A stretch of DNA of 31,358 bases from a virus (lineage: Duplodnaviria; Caudoviricetes), in IMG/VR virus record IMGVR_UViG_3300036768_000197, positions 1 through 31,358 of that record. One strand, written 5' to 3'. The translations under genes were made by a program, and so were the position numbers. The notes beneath the pieces were generated by a model. The model made no database searches. It saw only the letters and a list, made by a program, of their open reading frames with translations, and was not told where the DNA came from. Shown one piece after another: positions 27,178 through 31,358 of the stretch. The number at the start of each line of letters is the position of its first letter. Within the stretch, counting starts at the first letter, position 1.

Positions 27178-27906
27178 TCAGTCCTTTTTGTCAATACCTT
27201 GTTTTTGGTATTTATCCATGTCCTTGAGGTTAGGACCAATTTTAACCTCGCATGGAAACTTGCAGGGCAAGTCTATATTCCAGATAGCCTTCACATTCTT
27301 TGGAAGATAAATGTCAAATATATCGTACATAAGGTTGGCTACATCTCTTGCTTCTTCCTCCAGGCAATCAGCAACAATCGAATCGTGGACAGTAGACACC
27401 AGCAGGGACCGCATCTTTTTTTCATTCATGTTCTTCCTAAGACTTATTCTTGTTATTGCCAGAAGATCATTTCCTGTACCCTGTACTGGATAATTTGTCA
27501 GAATTGTCCACGGAATCATTCCATTCTCTTTGAGTCCTACCTGCCACTCACGGCCAAGTGGAGAACAGATGGGCTTGTTTCTTATGACCAGATCAGCAAG
27601 ATTCCTGTGATACTTGTCTATTCCTTTGTACTTGTCATAGAACTTCCTGTTTATTTCATCCCAAAAGTCAGGATCATCAGAAACGCCCATAAAATCAGGA
27701 TCATTAGCGAAGCTCCAGCCAGAACCACGGTAAATAGTACGAAAGAGGTACTTTTTGGAGATAAGCCTCGTTGGTAGATTAAATGCCTTTTGATTCGTCG
27801 AATGAACATCTATTTCCTCATTAAGTTCACGAAGACCTGTTTGATCATTAGCCAGCCAATTAAGAACTCGCCATTCAAGTTGAGATGCGTCACATTGCAC
27901 ATACAT
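27178..27906 (-). CDS. polA: Family A DNA polymerase, C-terminal (palm/fingers) subunit
   Basis: Motif A CDASQLEWR, motif B RLISKKYLFRTIY, NYPVQG, and motif C VHDSIV. Confidence 0.92.
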   Translation of the reverse strand: MYVQCDASQLEWRVLNWLANDQTGLRELNEEIDVHSTNQKAFNLPTRLISKKYLFRTIYRGSGWSFANDPDFMGVSDDPDFWDEINRKFYDKYKGIDKYHRNLADLVIRNKPICSPLGREWQVGLKENGMIPWTILTNYPVQGTGNDLLAITRISLRKNMNEKKMRSLLVSTVHDSIVADCLEEEARDVANLMYDIFDIYLPKNVKAIWNIDLPCKFPCEVKIGPNLKDMDKYQKQGIDKKD

Positions 27907-27907
27907 C

Positions 27908-28096
27908 TTATTGCTTTTTCAAAAGAGCAGGGATCTGCCTTGACATCTGCCTGAATGTAATCTTCTTTCTTAGTTCCTCGAATAGATCAGGGTAAACCGA
28001 TTCCATCTCAGAGATAAGAGGGGAAAGTTCATCGTTATCCATGTGATCTTTCAGTCTCAGAATGGTATAGTATATCGAATCGGTTTGTTTTACCAT
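27908..28096 (-). CDS. Small hypothetical protein between the two polymerase genes
   Basis: 62 aa helical ORF; overlaps the upstream stop and ends 1 nt before the downstream ATG. Confidence 0.6.
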   Translation of the reverse strand: MVKQTDSIYYTILRLKDHMDNDELSPLISEMESVYPDLFEELRKKITFRQMSRQIPALLKKQ

Positions 28097-29211
28097 CTTG
28101 TTGTAATAAGCTGTTGTGCTTCATCTGAAAGATTTTGTATGTTTGGGGATTTACTTGAAAGCCTGCCTGTCCTTGCCACTACCTGAGTAAAGGTCGTATG
28201 CAAAAGGTTATCTTTCCAATTCATTTCCTCATACAGCTTCCTGAATCCCTCATAATAAGTTGTCTTTAGCTTGGTCAATTCCTTTATCTTTAGAATACCG
28301 TCAATAAGTTCTCGATCTCCTCCTTTGAGTTTCAAAAGATAAGTTTCATCTACTGACCAGAAACCTGGTTTTTTGAGTTCGGATCCTTTGACTGGTGTGA
28401 ATTTCCTTGGAAGTGTATAAGTTACCTCCTCGTTCTTTAGCTTAAGTTGTCCTTTTTTCTGTCCTGACTTATAAACCCCATCAGGAACTTTAACTGTGAA
28501 AGTAAGATCTCCACCATAAAGTAAAGCAGATAAATGCTCGTTAGAATTCCAATTAAAATTGGGAATATTATGATGGATAGAAAGCTTGTCCTGTATCTCC
28601 TTAATCTTGTCATCAACTTCTTTTTCTTTTTCTTTTGCTTTTTCTATATCAAAGTGAATCCCATTCCACTCCATTTCAGCAAGGACTTTAAGATCCATCA
28701 TAGATATCATCATCAACTTTGCCTGATGTGGACGCATCATACTCATTTGTTTCTTGTAAAGCTCATAAGTAAGTCTCACATCTTGCAAGGCATATTCTGC
28801 CAAAACCTCCCTAGGAATCTTGTCAGTATTTATCCCATTGTTCCAGTACTCTTTTTCGATGACATCTATCTTTGAGCCAAGCCCATACTTTTCGCACACG
28901 CCATCGAGTGATGGATATGGGTTCTGCATTCTATTGTGGATAAACTCGAACAGTTGGCAACACCAGACAGGCTTGTTCTTGATGTCTATATCCAGTTTCC
29001 TAAGCCAATGAAGATCGTACTTTGCATTGAAGAATACAAGAAGATCTGCCTTGTTTATTTTTTCTTCTAATGACTTCTTTTCATGAAACAGTACACCTTC
29101 ATCGTCATCGGATTTGAATGAGATACATACATTGATGTTTCTTGTATCGAATGGATTACCCTTGTTGTAGATGGTATTTTCGGTATCTATTGCAAGAATC
29201 TTCTTAGTCAT
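28090..29211 (-). CDS. polA: Family A DNA polymerase, N-terminal (3'-5' exonuclease/thumb) subunit
   Basis: ExoI DTE, ExoII FNAKYD, ExoIII YALQD, MEWNGI and RTGRLSSKSPNIQN motifs. Confidence 0.92.
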   Translation of the reverse strand: MTKKILAIDTENTIYNKGNPFDTRNINVCISFKSDDDEGVLFHEKKSLEEKINKADLLVFFNAKYDLHWLRKLDIDIKNKPVWCCQLFEFIHNRMQNPYPSLDGVCEKYGLGSKIDVIEKEYWNNGINTDKIPREVLAEYALQDVRLTYELYKKQMSMMRPHQAKLMMISMMDLKVLAEMEWNGIHFDIEKAKEKEKEVDDKIKEIQDKLSIHHNIPNFNWNSNEHLSALLYGGDLTFTVKVPDGVYKSGQKKGQLKLKNEEVTYTLPRKFTPVKGSELKKPGFWSVDETYLLKLKGGDRELIDGILKIKELTKLKTTYYEGFRKLYEEMNWKDNLLHTTFTQVVARTGRLSSKSPNIQNLSDEAQQLITTRW

Positions 29212-29371
29212 CTACAGTCTCAAGTTCAGGTTTCGGTTTTTGATACTGAGGTTGAATCTTGAGTATGAATATGTTGTATCTCAATATCTCCAACTGATCT
29301 TTTCTTAATTGTGGTGCAACCCTGTCTACAAGCTTCTCGAAATTATGAACTGCATTTGTATAATGGTTCAT
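29204..29371 (-). CDS. Small hypothetical protein (not in the ORF track)
   Basis: My translation: MNHYTNAVHNFEKLVDRVAPQLRKDQLEILRYNIFILKIQPQYQKPKPELETVDD (55 aa). It overlaps the polymerase start by 8 nt. Confidence 0.5.
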   Translation of the reverse strand: MNHYTNAVHNFEKLVDRVAPQLRKDQLEILRYNIFILKIQPQYQKPKPELETVDD

Positions 29372-29425
29372 TATTATTATTTACTTTTGATGAACAACTA
29401 TGAGATTTGAACATATTAACTTTCA

Positions 29426-29722
29426 CTAATACAAGTCCATCTTGGCACGGAGCCGCTCAACCTCATCTCTGGCGATCTCAAGCTCATCTTTAAGAGTCTT
29501 AAGTTCCTCCTTAAGAATCTCTACACCAGCCAGCGCGGTATCTCGCGCTTCTTTCCAGTGCTTTACGTCAGCCTTCAAGCGAACGATCTCCTTTGCAGCC
29601 TCGGCGCATAATTCTCCTGCACCTGTTCTAATCTCTAGAATTGACCATTGTCCAGTCCTATAGGCAAATGCAGCGTCCTTTGGAACTGATTCAAGCTTTT
29701 CAAGTAACTCTGTTTGATCCAT
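29426..29722 (-). CDS. Hypothetical coiled-coil protein
   Basis: GAGG RBS; heptad-rich C-terminal half. Confidence 0.65.
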   Translation of the reverse strand: MDQTELLEKLESVPKDAAFAYRTGQWSILEIRTGAGELCAEAAKEIVRLKADVKHWKEARDTALAGVEILKEELKTLKDELEIARDEVERLRAKMDLY

Positions 29723-29723
29723 A

Positions 29724-30956
29724 TCATTCCTCTTGTTGCTTTATATCTTCGTACCGTGCTATCTCTGGTACTATCCTTACCTGAAATGTTCCGTGCCTCA
29801 TTGTAGGATCGCTGTCATCATCACCGAATCCTTTATTTTTAAGGACTGAAATGAACCGGATATAATCCCATCCAGGTTGATTGTCTTTACCGATTCCGAT
29901 GATGAAGTCTGCCTCCGCTGCCTTGGATGTCTTGGAGTTGGCTACGTGGGCCATCGTCAAATACCGCACCCCCTCTGCCGTTCCGTCAGCCTGACACACA
30001 CCGATTACTGGACAGTGCTTTTTTGCCAATTCCCTTGCCCAACGGTAGATGTCACCAAGCTCCAGATCTTTGCGATCTGCAGAAAACCCCTCAATTTTGT
30101 CAAGCTGGTCTATGACTATCAGGCTTGGTCTTTGCTGCTCGGCAATACTTTCAACTTTCTGCTTGGTGAGGACAGCCTCGTCGATAAGTTTTAGCTTGCC
30201 TTTGGTTTTCTCCATGAAAGCGGCTTTGGCCCTTTCAGGGTACTTTTTTAGCTGGTCAATCCTTGCACCAAGAACAGCCTGATATTGCCTCAGTTTTACG
30301 TTGTGTCCATGCTCCTCATTGTTGAACCACAGGACCGGCCCCTGTTCCTGCCCAAGTTGACCGACCATGTAACCTACCTCTGACGCAAGGAAGGTTGTCT
30401 TTCCAGTTTCTGGCCTAGCGAATAGAAACAAGAAGTTTCCCTTTCGCAGACTCCCGATGGATTTGTTAAGGCAGTCTAATCTCCACCGTAGGCCGGGTTG
30501 CAATACATCGTGCTTGATTATCTCCGTTATATCGTCAGTCACGAAGTCGTCGAACACCATGGGGGGAACCTTTAGTTCTTCAGCCAGTTCTACTATTTTG
30601 TTTAGATCCCCATGCCCTTCAGAGTAGTTTGCTGCTAGGACGGCCAGCCTTCTGCTTGTAGCAAGCCGTTTATGCTTTTCAAGCAATGACTGGACAGTTT
30701 CCTGTCCGGAATCTGACACCATCTGGTCAAGGGTAGCTTTGACCAGTGGCTCATTCCGTTTGGGAAACTGCTTGGCAAGGGCAGTGTTCGCTACGTCTTC
30801 GAGGTGCAGGTCTCCTTCTTTTTGTTTGTGTAATTCGTCTATTGCGTGTAGAACAGGATGGACTTCTTTTGGGAATTCTTCAAAGGAAAGAAAGCTCCTG
30901 TACTTGTTATAATTATCCTTCTTTAGGAGTGCTTTCAGCAAGGAACTCTGCACCAT
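29724..30956 (-). CDS. DnaB-like replicative helicase
   Basis: Walker A ARPETGKTT, FNNEE, Walker B IVIDQLD, CQAD, and EADFIIGIG motifs. Confidence 0.9.
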   Translation of the reverse strand: MVQSSLLKALLKKDNYNKYRSFLSFEEFPKEVHPVLHAIDELHKQKEGDLHLEDVANTALAKQFPKRNEPLVKATLDQMVSDSGQETVQSLLEKHKRLATSRRLAVLAANYSEGHGDLNKIVELAEELKVPPMVFDDFVTDDITEIIKHDVLQPGLRWRLDCLNKSIGSLRKGNFLFLFARPETGKTTFLASEVGYMVGQLGQEQGPVLWFNNEEHGHNVKLRQYQAVLGARIDQLKKYPERAKAAFMEKTKGKLKLIDEAVLTKQKVESIAEQQRPSLIVIDQLDKIEGFSADRKDLELGDIYRWARELAKKHCPVIGVCQADGTAEGVRYLTMAHVANSKTSKAAEADFIIGIGKDNQPGWDYIRFISVLKNKGFGDDDSDPTMRHGTFQVRIVPEIARYEDIKQQEE

Positions 30957-31104
30957 ATAGTTCTTTTATTTCTTCTTTGGTGAGAGACCGGCACTTGCCG
31001 GGTTTCATCGCATCACGCCACGCCTTGGCACGGCGGCGAGGATATCTCACTCGTGGATCGTATTCGTCGATAATAACTTCGTGGAATCCGTATGGTAGTT
31101 TCAT
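30913..31104 (-). CDS. Small hypothetical protein
   Basis: Strong TAAGGAG RBS upstream; 63 aa. Confidence 0.6.
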   Translation of the reverse strand: MKLPYGFHEVIIDEYDPRVRYPRRRAKAWRDAMKPGKCRSLTKEEIKELYGAEFLAESTPKEG

Positions 31105-31204
31105 TTTGGATCTATCTCCTTAGACAAGAGATTTTTCTAAAAGTTCAATTGGTATTTCTACCTTTTGAATAACATTTTTATTAACTTCTGACATTCATTT
31201 CATA

Positions 31205-31358
31205 AAGTTCCTGCCAAAACCTCCCCCTACCCCATGGCAGGGTATAAGGAGAGGTAGGTTCCTGCCCCGAGTTAACGGGATCGGCATGCTAGGGCATGGC
31301 ACTCCCTAGTCCCCCGACTTGCCGATTCAACCAGTCGGACGGCTCACCATGCGGAGTT
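31205..31358 (-). ncRNA. Candidate structured RNA, family unrecognised, probably truncated
   Basis: No credible ORF; GC-rich; several exact stems and duplicated motifs. The stem ACCUCUCC/GGGGAGGU pairs fully (via G.U) only on the minus strand. Confidence 0.45.

Noticed and set aside
27907-28092. Intron, intein or ribosomal bypass joining the polymerase halves
   Set aside because: No group I/II core or intein terminal motifs. Joining at the shared AAGATG puts the second half out of frame, and the gap is filled by an intact ORF.
31121-31195. 24-codon minus-strand ORF MSEVNKNVIQKVEIPIELLEKSLV
   Set aside because: Too short and without a convincing RBS. It could be a remnant or leader peptide but cannot be supported.
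31205-31358. HDV-like ribozyme, hammerhead, tmRNA, tRNA or cobalamin riboswitch
   Set aside because: The region lacks the HDV P3/L3 and catalytic junction, CUGAUGA/GAAA, a T-arm/CCA end and the B12 box.
1-31358. Antisense or shadow ORFs in the track (e.g. 3775..4350, 12194..12778, 25067..25633, 27157..27777)
   Set aside because: They lie within well-supported genes on the opposite strand or in another frame, and show no recognisable motifs.
1-31358. Stop-codon reassignment, diversity-generating retroelement, integrase or phage RNA polymerase
   Set aside because: Genes are intact and tightly packed under the standard code. No reverse transcriptase, template/variable repeat pair, recombinase or RNAP motifs are seen in this window.

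Overview
Gene-dense fragment of a tailed dsDNA phage genome, probably a podovirus of a Gram-negative host, with two convergent arms that meet at a bidirectional terminator near 19150-19178. The + arm (1-19148) is the virion/lysis module. It holds the 3' part of a major capsid gene, small capsid-associated genes, a mosaic and partly GC-richer block of tail/fibre-like genes that includes a signal-peptide-bearing HNH protein, a tail fibre, a head-tail adaptor, a P22 gp10/nozzle-like protein, three probable ejection proteins, a GH108 endolysin and an HEXXH protein. The - arm (19178-31104) is a replication/nucleotide-metabolism module. It holds a DnaB-like helicase, a family A DNA polymerase split into two genes, a probable SSB, an LRR protein, a 5'-3' exonuclease, a resolvase, a metallophosphoesterase, an HD hydrolase, a 3TM holin and a class II ribonucleotide reductase. 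The reductase is interrupted inside its catalytic Cys codon by a group I intron encoding a LAGLIDADG endonuclease. The last ~150 nt are apparently non-coding, GC-rich and highly structured, with a duplicated hairpin-loop/partner motif (candidate ncRNA, truncated by the window edge). All family calls come from motif recognition by eye; no searches were run.
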